Shown: positions 14,618 through 27,278 of the stretch, piece by piece
How positions within the stretch are numbered: the stretch's first letter is position 1
Layout: each line of letters opens with the position of its first letter
Origin: Catajapyx aquilonaris
Taxonomy: Eukaryota
DNA length: 64,000 nucleotides
Reading direction: 5' to 3'
Assembly (NCBI GenBank): GCA_000934665.2
Contig: JYFJ02000277.1
Coordinates: 1 to 64,000, forward strand
Translations under genes and position numbers: made by a program
The notes under the pieces: model-generated
What the model saw: the letters and a program-made list of their open reading frames with translations, nothing else
Told to the model about the DNA's origin: nothing
The model's database searches: none

Positions 14618-14661
<44 letters not shown>
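14618..14661. repeat. (GA)n microsatellite
   Basis: Directly visible. Confidence 0.97.
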
Positions 14662-14664
<3 letters not shown>

Positions 14665-15834
14665 CTGTACAATATTTAGGTATTATAGTGCGGGTATTCA
14701 GTAGTGGGCACAATAATGTCACGCTGATCTTCTGATCGTAAGGACATCTTGGTTATGAGTACGTTGACTGCAAGGACTTCTCCTATAATATTATACTGAT
14801 GCTGGACAGGCTTCTTCACGAAGGACTGCTCTGGATGCTTAAGATGCATGTGGTCAGAGTGGACAGCTTCTACTGGTACGGTGATTGTGAAGACTCTGCT
14901 GGTATACGGCTACTGGACAGGCTTCTTCTGGTACGGCTGCGAAGATCTCTGTTCGTAGACGTAGTCGTAACGGGTTGCTCTGAGGCTTCTGCACAACTGG
15001 GCTACTCGTAGGCTTCCGCACGTAGAGTATAGTCTTTGCTTACGAAGGAGTCGTCTTCTCCGGGGAGAGCCTCCATCAACTGGACGGCCCCGAAGCAAGA
15101 CTGCTGGTTCTGGACAGCCCGCACTCAATTTATAGCGGAAAGGAAAGGAGTGCATCATGGGCGTATAGCAATAATATTATTATTGGTGATTGAAAGGGGA
15201 ATCAAGTGGGAAGGTTCTCACAATGCTCCTTCGCAGCAGAATATACACGAGCGTATTATGACTGAACCTGTATATATAAATGCAGTGTGCTAATTATAAC
15301 GATAGATTAAACCAACTATTGATTTTCACTCATCGTGATGAATAACATCATTACAAAAGTCGGTTGATCGAATCTCACTATTGTAGAATCTTATTGTACA
15401 ACAAACGTAATGTTGTCTTACGGCTACTGGGTCTTTGGATGTGTCGAGTCAGATAATAGCCCATTACTAACCATATAAGTAGGCTATCACGCGGCGTAAA
15501 AGGAGCAGTACAAGTCCAGTCGACTTATTCATTACACTGAACCAATAATGTACCGATATACGTTGCAAGCTTGTCGCAATCTTTCAACCAATAAATAGGA
15601 GATAATAGTCATCATGATGCGAGCACTGCAGACGCAAGACATCACAAGCACCTCAAAAAGTGATGACGCTAGTGAATTCAAGAGGTCATGATGTATTTGG
15701 GACTGAGATCAAGGTTGATGCCCCGGGAGGTTATCAGCATCAATGCTGCGCTGTGTGGTGCTGGGATTATTCAGTGGGTCATGTTCTCAGGAGTGAACGA
15801 CACCCTTTTTTTTAAAAAAAAAGCTCGGCTGAAG

Positions 15835-18684
15835 ATGACAGCAGGCAACCAAAGTGTCCCGAGAGGGGTAGTCCTCCTTCATCTGCTACAGTTTGCATTT
15901 CTGGTATCGTTGTGCAGTGCCAGCTTATCAAGGGATGGAGGAGTTATTCGAGATAAGTTGGAAACGCTTGAAAACCACGTTAAGGAGTATGTAAAGAACG
16001 GATTCAAGAAAGTGGACGGCAGGATTAATCAATTCCAGGCATGTATTTATACAGCAACATGCTATGCAGGTACCGTATAACTATAGAATGGGGAGCGACT
16101 TCGGACATGAAATCGGACGCTTATACACTTTTCTTTGTGGTTGGGCCAATGTGGACACTTATTGTCAGTCCAAAAAGCGTGTTTGTCACAGAGTGGGTTC
16201 GACAGCTGCAGAATACAACATGAGCAAGCCATATGCACATTGAGAGAGTGCTTCTTACGGCAAGGAGGAGGAAAAGAAATTCACTGTAGGGTTATACTCC
16301 GGTGTGCTGAGTGGGCATATTCAGGAAACAGTTCCAGGTCAAATTCATGAGCAATAATTTTTTGATGAAAGAAACCCACACAAAAAAAACTTTTCACCAA
16401 CATTTATCTGGACACCTAGGTGTCCAGATGTTGATGACGAATGTCTTGTATGTTGTTCGCATTTGCGAAGGTCAGAGACCTGCGCGGAGGGTGTTATATT
16501 TTCAGTGACATCAATGATGCTCATGATGGGGAATGACCTTTTTGAGTTTTAAAAAAAGGAACTTGAATACATGTCCGAGGCTGCACCATGTGGACTCGTC
16601 CTATACAACGTGAAATAAAGGGATGTCCGAAGACACCCCACATATAGTGGCGGGGTGACTCCGGACAGCAAATATGATTTATTTTCACATGAAAAAACAA
16701 CATTTATGTGAATAACTGTTATGGCCTTCAATAAAGGTCATTTCCTACTGTCCAAGTTAACTTATTCTGAATTTTTCATCAATATATTATGTCTTCATGG
16801 GACAGCTGGGAAACTACCAAAAAGCGTCCGAAGTCACCCTATTCTACGGTATTTGCATGCTGTATTGCTTATGTACGTGTACAAGGTTGCTCATCATTAC
16901 TGATTGGATGGCATTGTTTTAGGACGAAGTTAAAGCAAGCATGCAGCGCTTACATGCAGACATGGCTCAACTGTCAGAAGCCATTGAGAAAGTCGCTAAT
17001 TACCTGAGCCAAGGAAATGAAAATATGGCAGCAAAATTGCAGAAGCAAGAGGAAATGTTGGCTGGTCTGCAGGTAAGAACGCGCACATGTTCAAAACGTT
17101 GGATACGTATAGTCTGAAATACACGATTCATAAGTTCACTGCCTAAAACATACGCGCGATCATAATATATTTTACAACCTAGACAAATCTGCAATGGTAG
17201 TAAAAGTGATAAACAGTGTTACGTGCCAGCATACGTTCCATATCTACGTAAGTTATAGATAATGTTGATACATTATTACGTATAGCCATGCATTATCAGT
17301 GAGGTGCAGTGATTCTAAAATAATAAAGCAACCAATTAAAAATCCTACCAGAGATTGCTTTTGGTGTTTTTGGCCAGGTTAACCCTATAACCGTGCATGG
17401 ATACCTCTGAGCCAAGCTCTTCCATTTGCAAAGAGAAGTAGAAAAATGTTTGGTGCAAACCACTGGGCACCTGCAAATCTGTTTATATCATGCCTATTAT
17501 GCCCTGGTAGTTCCAAAGTAATTATTTCGCTTATGTTAATGATGTGTAATCACGAAGCCATACACTAGCAGCTGTTTATTAATACTGAACAAACATCTTA
17601 TAAAACTCCCAATGTATAGGCCTGTGTTACAGACTATAGGTTGTATCCAGTGCAACTGTATTTTTAAAATAGGGCCTACATTAATTAGATAATAGCACGG
17701 TTCATGTAACGTCCAAAAAATATCGCAGAATACTATACTTGTGTCGAGGGCTTGCTCATTCACCCTCTGTATTATGTATATGGGGTGCAGGAAAGGGGTT
17801 TGAGAGATCAAAGAACTCAACATGTTAAAACAGATGTACGTGAGTATAGTAATGTGGATATAAGGAAGAGTCAACTTATTCAATAGCCAAGACATACCCC
17901 AATTTGTCAGCTCATATTGTTTTGCCAAGCAGGCTCAGAGGTGTGCATGTATAACTTACATGTGTTTATAATCCGTACGTACATGATATCCAAGCAAGTA
18001 GAGGAGGTGTATAGAGCAGACTGACTCAAATTATTACTCCAGAGCCAACTAGCCCTTGAGCCAACCAACTGGCCCACCACCGGCTACCCCATGCCTGACC
18101 AGCAACGACAATCTGAGGAACCGCCCAGCATGGCAGTGGACCAGATTGTGGAGGTGGAGGAAGGACAGGACGCAATGCTGTCATGCCCCACAATAAGCCA
18201 AGACCAACAGCAGTCTGAGAGTGATCCAACCTGGAGGAAGGATGGGAAGCCCCTCCAGGACTCGGAGGCTGGTATGAGCCACCGGTACATGACATTGCGC
18301 ACCGGCTGGCTCCGGATATTCTCCGTCACCAAGGCAGACGAAGGGACGTACCAGTGTCAGCACGGAGGTGAAGAGAGTAAGTCTCACAGCGTGTTACTTC
18401 GAGTGGCCAAGACAACGGTCCCTGTGTTCACGGTGGTGCCTGAAGACGTGTACTCTGTGGATCCAGGCCAGGACCTGAACATCACGTGCATGGCGGAGGG
18501 TGATCCCACACCCCTGGTCGAGTGGACCACCAGAGAAGACGACTCCTTGGTCCACACCAGGGGGCTTGGAGCGAGCGACCTCATGCTGGTCAACCTGCAA
18601 GAGTCCAGAACCTACACATGCGTAGCACACAATCTGCATGCAACAATACGGAAGAGATCTTACATTCAGGTGATAACACAATGA
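15835..18684 (+). CDS. Secreted protein: signal peptide + coiled coil + two I-set Ig domains similar to LAR-type RPTP Ig2-Ig3 (~331 aa); exons 15835-16038, 16923-17072, 18043-18684
   Basis: Hydrophobic LLHLLQFAFLVSLCSA; heptad-like exons 1-2; Ig motifs C..W.KDGKPL..LRI..V..DEGTYQC and LNITCMAEGDPTP.VEW..LVNLQESRTYTCVA; all junctions phase 0, intron 1 needs a GC donor. Confidence 0.75.
17393..17951. mobile_element. Putative non-autonomous TIR element in intron 2 of the Ig gene
   Basis: tgcatggatacctctgagcc ... ggctcagaggtgtgcatgta imperfect inverted ends. Confidence 0.4.
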
Positions 18685-20566
18685 ATAATGCAGAAGGAGA
18701 AGCCATGGAGAACTTCATTCTTTCAAAGTCTTGCAGAAACATGATACTCTAGCTCTTAAGTCTAGCCTATTACACACATGCAAGAGAAATATTTCCGAAA
18801 ATAAACTGTGATATAATTGACATGAGATTGCTGTAATTATTCGAGCAAAGATCAGCTTGAGTTTTAATATAATAATTGTCACTGTTTTCCAGGCAAATAC
18901 TAACAAAAAGTATGGCAAGTCTGAAGAGCAACATTATTGTGTATAGCCTACCAATCCTTTGGTGCGTGAAGGAGCTGATAATGATTCATTGTTCAAGGGT
19001 CTATTTAGTCTGATCCACCTTTTGGGGTAGTTGGGAGGGAGGGGGTATTTTCGTCTCCCTAGTTTCTGAGAAAAGGAAGAATAAGTGAGAGTAGTTAATG
19101 CGTCAGTCTAGCAATATGAGATAGCAATAAATTAATACTGTTATTTATTATTATTTTGTCAAGGACAAGGTCGTATCATGCCAGATGGAAGTCACGTCCT
19201 TAACTGCGCACTTTTATGCAAGTACCACGCAGGTCCATAACACAATAAAATGAGAGACGATGGTGGCGATCACACGTACCACACCTTTGCTTGAATCTAA
19301 ATTTTGTCCTAATTTTTTGGGGGCTCATAAATACGCACAACGAAACAGTGACAAATAAAATTATAATGCACTACTTGTCAGAGTCAAAAAATATGTTTTC
19401 TCAGAAATGCACCGTATGATTCTTGTAAATACTTGTTTTCATAATCGGAAAGTGCATGATTGATGTATTCAAAAATGTTAACTCTAAATCAACGAATTCT
19501 TTACTCGATAACACATTAACACTGACAGGAAGACATACTAAAAAGGGAAACTATTTCCATATGCTGCAAGAGCACAATATATATATTAGCGCTTATTAAT
19601 CTAAATATTGGGGTAAATACTGTACTGGTACTGGTTTCATCTTTTCAATAATTAATCAGGGAATGAAAATCCATTGGTTCCCTAGGTGCATTCTCTGATA
19701 TGAATGAACATCTTCATTGTTTCATGCTACAGTATTAATTTTGGGATTTTGATGTGGATTTTGCAACCACGCAAGAAAATAATGTAAGTTACATTATGCT
19801 CTACTCTCTGAAATTATCATCTTCATGATGTCCCTACTTCTTCAGTCATGTAAACTCTACACAGCAGTACAGTAATCTGGTAATTAATAATATAAACATA
19901 CATGTAAAACTTTATAAACATATTATGGTATAAGATGATTATGTGAATGATGCAAGAGACCCACACAAATCATTCAGTCCCAAGAAATCACATGACGTGG
20001 GTAGATTATTTATTGTCAACAGATTGTAACATTGAGGTTATCATCAGTTCCAGTGAACGGTTACTACTAATGCAAAAACATCCACCATCATGAGCAGGTC
20101 CAGATGAGTTCACTGCAAATCAGTGATACTGTGTCTCCTAGCTGCAACACAAATATGCCACAGTGAGTGTCATAATATTGATGTAATCTACCATAGAGTC
20201 AAAAGTATACTGCTTGGAACATATCAAGCTATACGCTTTTACAGTGAATTCATTGCACCTGCTCATGATGCCATGACCTCATCTTTATGGCGGCAAGAAC
20301 TTACTTTACACAGAATAAATGCGATAAATTGATTAGTTCTTTTATAAATTCACCCCAACCCTTGATTACACCATAAAACATAGAGGTATGCAACTGTTGT
20401 AATCATTCCTCCCTGTCTAAACCTATGCTTTTTAAGTGGGTGCAAAATGTCCACATTCCACCAGTTACAGGGAGGTAAGAATACGGAAATAAAACTGGTG
20501 CATACCATGCCAGACACCATCATGTTTATTCAGTACATGTCCTCGGCTGCTGCTGATGTGCCTGAA

Positions 20567-21164
20567 TTACTGATGCTTGAGAACAATCTTTCTGAGCTGC
20601 TCTGGATCAGCTCCTGAGATAACATCAACCTGAAATATAAATCAAGGCTACAGTCAGTGATTCACCATATCGTATTCATGCAAATCCTGTTAACTTATAT
20701 TCTCATTTACTCACGCTCTGGTTATTCTTAAAGAAGGTGAAAGTTGGCATGCAATCAACTTTGTACACATGAGCCATATCGTTGTGCTTGTCAACATCAA
20801 CTGCTAGAAAAACAATATTAGGAAACTCCTCTGCCATCTTCTGCAGAATATTGAAAAAAAAAAAAAACACATCATTATTCACAAAAATAAATCACATGGT
20901 AACATGGTTCAAATTCTCACATCAAAGACAGGTGAAATCCATTTGCAAGGACCACACCATGTGGCGTAAAAATTAACGACCACCAGTCTATTTCCAGCCC
21001 TCTTTATGTGGCCATCAAGATCTGCCTGCAGGAAAGAATATAAAATGTTGTACCATGCCATTTTTATACTACCCACAACCTTAGGAAAATATTTCCTGAC
21101 GTAAACTCAAAATTAATGTTATGACACAAGGACACACTTGGCTTTCCACTTCCGTCACTCCCAT
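20567..21164 (-). CDS. Thioredoxin, 106 aa; exons 21138-21164, 20921-21025, 20715-20840, 20567-20629
   Basis: Spliced product [111 protein letters not shown] site, CMPTF cis-Pro motif, three phase-0 GT-AG introns, AATAAA at 20525-20530 on minus strand. Confidence 0.95.
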
Positions 21165-21570
21165 ATCAAAAGGAATTCAAATCTTCTCCAGCACAAGACA
21201 CCATTCAACCTATACGCTGCAAAAGGGACAGGCGAGAACTGGTTAGGCGAAGTGTTCATGACCTATTATCCTGATCATCAGCAGTTAAAAGATAAGAAAA
21301 GCTCTCAGGATAGCATGCTGAGGCAAAAAAAATAATTTAAGATTACTATTATCAGCATGTTATAAGATATAGCAAATTAAGTTTTCCCAATCACAGACAG
21401 TCACACAAGAGGAAGATATTTTGACATTACATACAAGTAATGAAGAATAAACAGCAACCCATTACAAAACAGATGCTTTAATTCCACATATGGTACACCA
21501 AGATGAATATCCAGGCTCTTTTCTAAACTTAAAAAAGGCTGGATATCACTGCAGTCAAGCCCACACAAAA

Positions 21571-24500
21571 TCAATGTGTGTTCATGGCCCGCCAGTATTC
21601 ATTATACTCAATCCAATCACGGTTAACAGCGAGTTGCCTGAACCATTCCTGGCACCAGTAATTATTGTAATGCTGCAGTTCCTGGTTTGATGATTCATCT
21701 TCTGAATCAGTTATGTCTGAATCTGAGTCAGAGGAGCTCTCTGAGGATGTGAGATCAGATTCATAATCTTGTGCTTTTGAACGAACCCTCCTTTTAACTG
21801 GTTTTGAACGTCTCTGTTTTCTAACTTCTCCGGGAGTGGCCCACTTTTGAGCCAAATCTGATTTTGGATCAACTTTGAACAAGTCTTGCTTCTCCTCCTT
21901 TTCTTCGCCAGTTATCTGCTTTAGAACCTTTTCCACTCCTTGCAGCTTGCAACTTAGCTCCACACCTTGCAACAATTGGCTGAACTCCTTCCCCATCCTC
22001 CCAATTAGGTTTTCAACAATGTCTGTTGGAGTCAACTGAATCTCGAAAAATTCTGGCTCTCTCGAAGAATTTGAAGAAAAAGATTCAAATTCATCGAGAA
22101 GTTCAGAGTAGGATGAAAGAGAACACATGTGTTCAGCACCGGGAACTTCACCAACACTCAGATCAGGAAACAACTCTGACAACACATCGTCACAGACTGG
22201 GGCTTTCTCCATATTATCATCATTGGTCACCGATTCACCATCATCAACGGCCTTTCCAATATCTTCAATTCTGCACATGCCTTGAGTCCTGTCAAAAATC
22301 CCCTTCCCACAGGCAACATTTTTGTCATCAGCTACAACTCCACTTTCCAACACTTTCTTGCCAATGTCTATGGTCTCACTTGCAACAATGCCAATTCCCC
22401 TGACACCATTTTCTGTGCAAGGCTTGTCTATCTCTGGGGCATCAGCACCCTGGAACTTCCCCGCTTCACTCTTGACAATCTGATCTTCAGTCTTCATATT
22501 CCGTACCTCTACATTTCCATTCCTCTCATAGCATATCTCCTCCCTATTACTACCATTAACCACTGACTTGCTCTTTTCAATTGACTCTGAACGGACTGCT
22601 TCATCACCCAACGGCTCATTTTTAGCCGTGCTCTTTACCTTGCCCCCATTACTTACGCCTTCCACTGCTTTCTGTTCGTTTTCAATCTCACCTGCAGCCG
22701 CATCATCATTATTGTTGTTTCCCGCTCCAACCACATTTTTTATCATCCTCTTTCCTTTTCCCATCTTCTCCCCCACTTCAATCACCTGCTCCCATTCCAC
22801 CCTCACATCATTAGCCATCTGCCTAACCTTACCCTCCTCCCCTCTATCACCTTCCCCTGCCAAAAAGAAGGCCATCCCTTCCCCTCCGAATCGCCCTGCC
22901 CTTCCAACCCTGTGCAGAAAGGTAGCTCCATCTACTGGCGGATCAAAGTTCACCACCATGTTGGCACCTTCAAAGTCAAGTCCTCTTGCTCCCAAGTCAG
23001 TTGAGACCAGAATGCGGCACCCCAGTGTACGGGCTGACTCAAGGGCGGCTAACCTGTAACAAACAAAACGATAATAGTGTATTACTAAGTTTCCACCTGC
23101 ACACACCTTTTCACATCATCATTTTCACATGCTTTAAAAATTCATGGAAATGTTCCGCTCAGCACATGCCACATTGAACTTGCATAAATTTTTACACAAC
23201 TTGACTTTCCTTCAGTGAGACAAGTGTAATTTTAAAATTGCACACCTAATCCAAGAGAAGTAACATGTCCCCTTAGAGGTGACATCAACAAAAAAACTTC
23301 TTTCCCATTATTATCAATTAATTATTGGCAACGAAAATACCTCTCAACTTGTTCCATGCTCGCAGATAGTAGCTCTGCTGGCCACCCTTCATTCTTGAGA
23401 TGCTTCGAAACTCGCTCAGCCCTGAGCTGTGAGTTGCAGAAGATCAGGCACTGGCTGAAGCCCACCTCCTTCTCTACTAGTGCCATCAACCTAACAATCT
23501 TCCTCTGGTAAAGCTGCTCCACTAAAGGATGGTTCTTCACTAGCACCAGGTAATGGTAGATCCCCAACAATGTGAGCTTCTGCTGGTCAAGACGCACGTG
23601 CAATGGAGATCGCAAGCACTTTGACATCATTTCCGCCAGGTCTGCCGGGTACGTTGCACTCAGACATAGCACTTGCCTAGGCACAGGGAGGCGGGCAAAT
23701 ATCTTGCTGTAAGAAGATCACAAAAGGCCTGTGTAATATCAAGTTTGTGAAGTGTTATTATTACAATTACAGTACAGTCTTGATGATCCAGTAGATATTA
23801 AGGATAACACCTGCATGCTTTCTCCCACCAAGAAAAAGTTGCATCCACATTGAGCACATAGCATCTAGGCATATAATTTGAAATAGCTTTAAGACAGACA
23901 TTGCGAATCAAATCACAAGTAACTGACCTCATTGCCATCTTGTAATTTTTATCCATGAGCTTGTCTGCCTCATCCAGAACAACAAGTGTCACATCATTAG
24001 TTTTCAGAAGATTGGAGCCGATGAGATGGGCCATGCGACCAGGGGTGCCAACAGCCACATGGCAGCCCTGCAGATTTGCCTTGTCCTCTGACAATGGAAG
24101 CCCACCAATAAAGTGAGAAACTTTCAGACCTGAAAATAAGGATCATTTTCATCTGAAAAAACACACATTATCGCCTTGCCAAAATATGTAGTGCACTCTT
24201 TCAATCCGGTTCCTGCAAATAAATTGTCAATATGTACTAGTAGCATGGTCATTACAGTGAAACCTGTCCATAATGGGGGAGGCGGAGTGGTGCTGCGGTA
24301 ACGTATGCGCCCACGGATGTTAAGGTCCCGGGTTCAATCCCAACCCGGGGACACCCCCTTCATCTCGTGCAGAGTTCAGGGTCACCTCTGGCTTCGTCTC
24401 AGGTGGTATATCCACAGACTAAACCACCCGGGGGAGTTCACTAAAAATGGCCACATAAAGACATTGCACTGCACCTTGCACATCCCCTCCTGTCATCCTG

Positions 24501-26131
24501 CCCGTGGGCCCGGGCGCTTCAATAATTAGGTTCCAAATATGTACTTCGTACAAATAAAGGTCCGTGCTACATGCCGAGAAGGCCAAGCACTACCCGGATA
24601 TTATTATAATATTATTATTATTAAACCTGTCCATAATGTGTCTTGGAGACAATGGATATTTGTCCAATGCTGAATTTTTGTTTGGGCCTGTTACAGGATT
24701 TTCCATGATCATCAAGGTTATGTAAAATTCAATATAGAAATTTTTTCTGTATGGTAATTAAGCAACTTCACTGATCATGGTGTAAATACACCGTACTCCT
24801 GATTATTATCTGTGTTGCGGATTATCCGTGCATCGCCCCCTAAAAAAAGTTAGGCATTAAAATGTTCGAAAAAATGTCGATATGTCTTGCAAACAAAGAA
24901 ATATACCAACTGTAAGACTTTTTCCAGAAGAAAATTTGAAAGTCTATGGTAAGTTATATTCTTTTTATCAATCCTCAATTAAAGCAACATACAGTATATG
25001 CACAGTAGTGCATTACAAACCTGCGAATAGCTAATTTTTACAGTATCTAGTTTCTAGAACCATTTTCAGATTATCCATGTGTTCTGATTATTATCTGGCG
25101 ACACCTGTGCATTCATTAGCCTGGATAATTGGAAGTACGATGTACCTTTATTCACCACTTACAAGCTCGTAGATGTAGTTTTATTACTGCAGATAAACTA
25201 AAAACATCAATAAATGTGTGGTTCTTCACACTGATTCAGTCACTGACCAAACTTTTGTTATTGTCATGTTCCCAAATGAGTGCCTGGACTGCTCCCTCCC
25301 AAAGCAGTAGTGGCCTTGTTGAAAATGACGAATAACATTGTGTACACTTCAAATCACTGGAAGGAAGCATCCTGACGTCAATACAATGCATCGATTTGTG
25401 AACTCCTGACCTTTTATTCCAGATCCCACTGCAGAGATGACCTGAGTCACCTGCACAGCTATCTCCCTTGCTGGTGCAATGACGATCACTTGAGTGTATG
25501 GGTAGTCTACCTTCAATTTCTCCAATGCAATTACAGCAAAGACACAGGTCTTCCCTGTACCTGACTTGGCCTGAACTATCATATCTGGAAAAGAAGGGCA
25601 AGTAATTAGATTTGCTGGGCAACTTGACTGCAAACTGTCTCGAGAAAATAAAAGGGTGCATGCCACAAGTTCTTATATTACAGCTGCCTGTCACTTATTG
25701 CAGTTGCAAAACAAACAATAAACAACTGCTCACAGAACTCATAGGAAAGTTAACAGACTGTCAAAGGAAAAGTCGCTGCTAAATTTGTTTGTGAAAGTAG
25801 TAAATTCACCAGTAACACTTTGATACTATTGCATCTTGCATGACCAGACATATGCAGAGGAATCAAATTTTCTTCCCCTTTCATAAGCACCCTATATTAA
25901 CTACCCACACAAAAACGCAGAATTTTTGCACTAACCAAACCCGCAGTTTCCCAGAGGAATAGCCTGCTGTTGGATTGGCGAAGGTCGTTTGAACCCAGCT
26001 GCACTAAGGCCTTTCAGCACTGGCTCGGACAAGTACAAGCTTCTGAAGTCAGCATCTCCCTTGGTGCCCACATCGGCAGTTCTGACCTTGCTCGGGTCAT
26101 CCAGGTCGTGAGCTGGCATTAGGCAAGACAT
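21571..26131 (-). CDS. DDX20: DEAD-box RNA helicase DDX20/Gemin3; coding exons 25936-26131, 25411-25584, 23928-24129, 23341-23706, 21571-23053
   Basis: AHDL..RTADV N-terminus, Q motif [50 protein letters not shown], long acidic tail ending in W/Y-rich motif; splice phases consistent. Confidence 0.9.
24276..24622 (+). mobile_element. Full-length tRNA-derived SINE (family A) in a DDX20 intron, 16-bp TSD
   Basis: A box GTGGTGCTGCGG, B box GGTTCAATCCC, (TAT)n tail; TSD aaacctgtccataatg at 24260-24275 and 24623-24638. Confidence 0.92.
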
Positions 26132-26424
26132 TTTCAGTCTGAAAAAAAAATTAATATGACATATAAAATTGGCCAAAACATGTTCGGCACAAATCGGCAC
26201 ATGCCATACAGAGTGTGTTCCAAAATGATAAATGGCCAGTGACTTTTATGGCACTCTTATTAAGCACAGTTAGAAGCGTGCCCCGACCTTTTACAAACAG
26301 TCCCTTTCAACCCTCGCCGAAAGTGTGCGGCAACGAAGCTTCGTCTTCAGACGGAGCCGGCCCTCCTTATCAGGCTTTCTTTCCAGAGACACGTGAAGCG
26401 AAGGTATTGCGCCGCTCCTCTCCA

Positions 26425-26445
26425 TCCCACGCGCCATCTTGGATA
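26425..26445 (-). promoter_or_regulatory. YY1/Pho-like motif near the probable DDX20 TSS / non-coding first exon
   Basis: CAAGATGGCGC on minus strand in a GC-rich patch upstream of the coding exons. Confidence 0.4.
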
Positions 26446-27278
26446 GCCATAAGTCGTCAGAGCGATCGCATAGCGGTTGCAAGTCGCTGCTACTTATCAG
26501 TCGCAACCACAGTCGCATCGAAACGAATTTCTGTAAAAAAATCACCTTGGAGAGTGCTGTCTGTGTTCAGCAAAATAATGGTACCAGCAAAATGAGATAT
26601 GCGGCGAAAGTTTCCCTCTGTTCGTCAAAACAGTAACAGGCACAGCTTTATTTAACAATATGATTTTTTACATGATCATATGAAATGTATACGTGGTGTT
26701 TCAGGCATAGGTGCTATTTCGCTCCCATTGAAGAATTAGGTAACCCAAACGGGGTGACAAACTAGTTTTGGTGAAATAGAGTCCATCTCATTCGAGGGTG
26801 CCAAAATGATATGGACTTCTTTCCATCATGCCCCTGCAATACTGTATATTCGTGTAGCATATACTACATTATACAAGGATGCATAGGGGTTGGGATGACT
26901 TTGTTTATACACACCATGAAATGCATTATTTACCAGATATTCTAGCCAGGATTTAAAAGTAACGTGGTTGTTTATCATGCTACATAATCGTGTGTTTCAG
27001 GTACAGTATAGTGCGTCAATTTTCAAGCCCTTCAAATAGCCTATCTGTGAAACATTTCGCTTTTTTTTATTTGACGGGAACAATACTTTTCACCACACTA
27101 TCGCGTGACGAATTTTATCAATGCCACATAATACGCTGCCTTCACATTCATGTAAAATAATAAAGCCATTCAAACCACAAGACGGATTTTACCAATAATA
27201 ATAAACCAAACTGTGCACAGAAGCTACTACTACCGTATATAATGCGGCTCTGTGTGTGAGTCACATTAAATTTCTACT

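Noticed and set aside
22026..23059. Plus-strand ORFs of 94-163 aa
   Set aside because: Antisense shadows of the DDX20 last exon
24276..24350. Possible tRNA gene (also 8730-8806, 40220-40295, ~1100-1130)
   Set aside because: No proper acceptor stem; continuous with SINE body, tail and TSDs, or only an isolated B box
24305..24529. Repeated [13 protein letters not shown] (also 40248-40493)
   Set aside because: Chance reading frame within the SINE family, starting at GTA/ATG-poor context with no protein features
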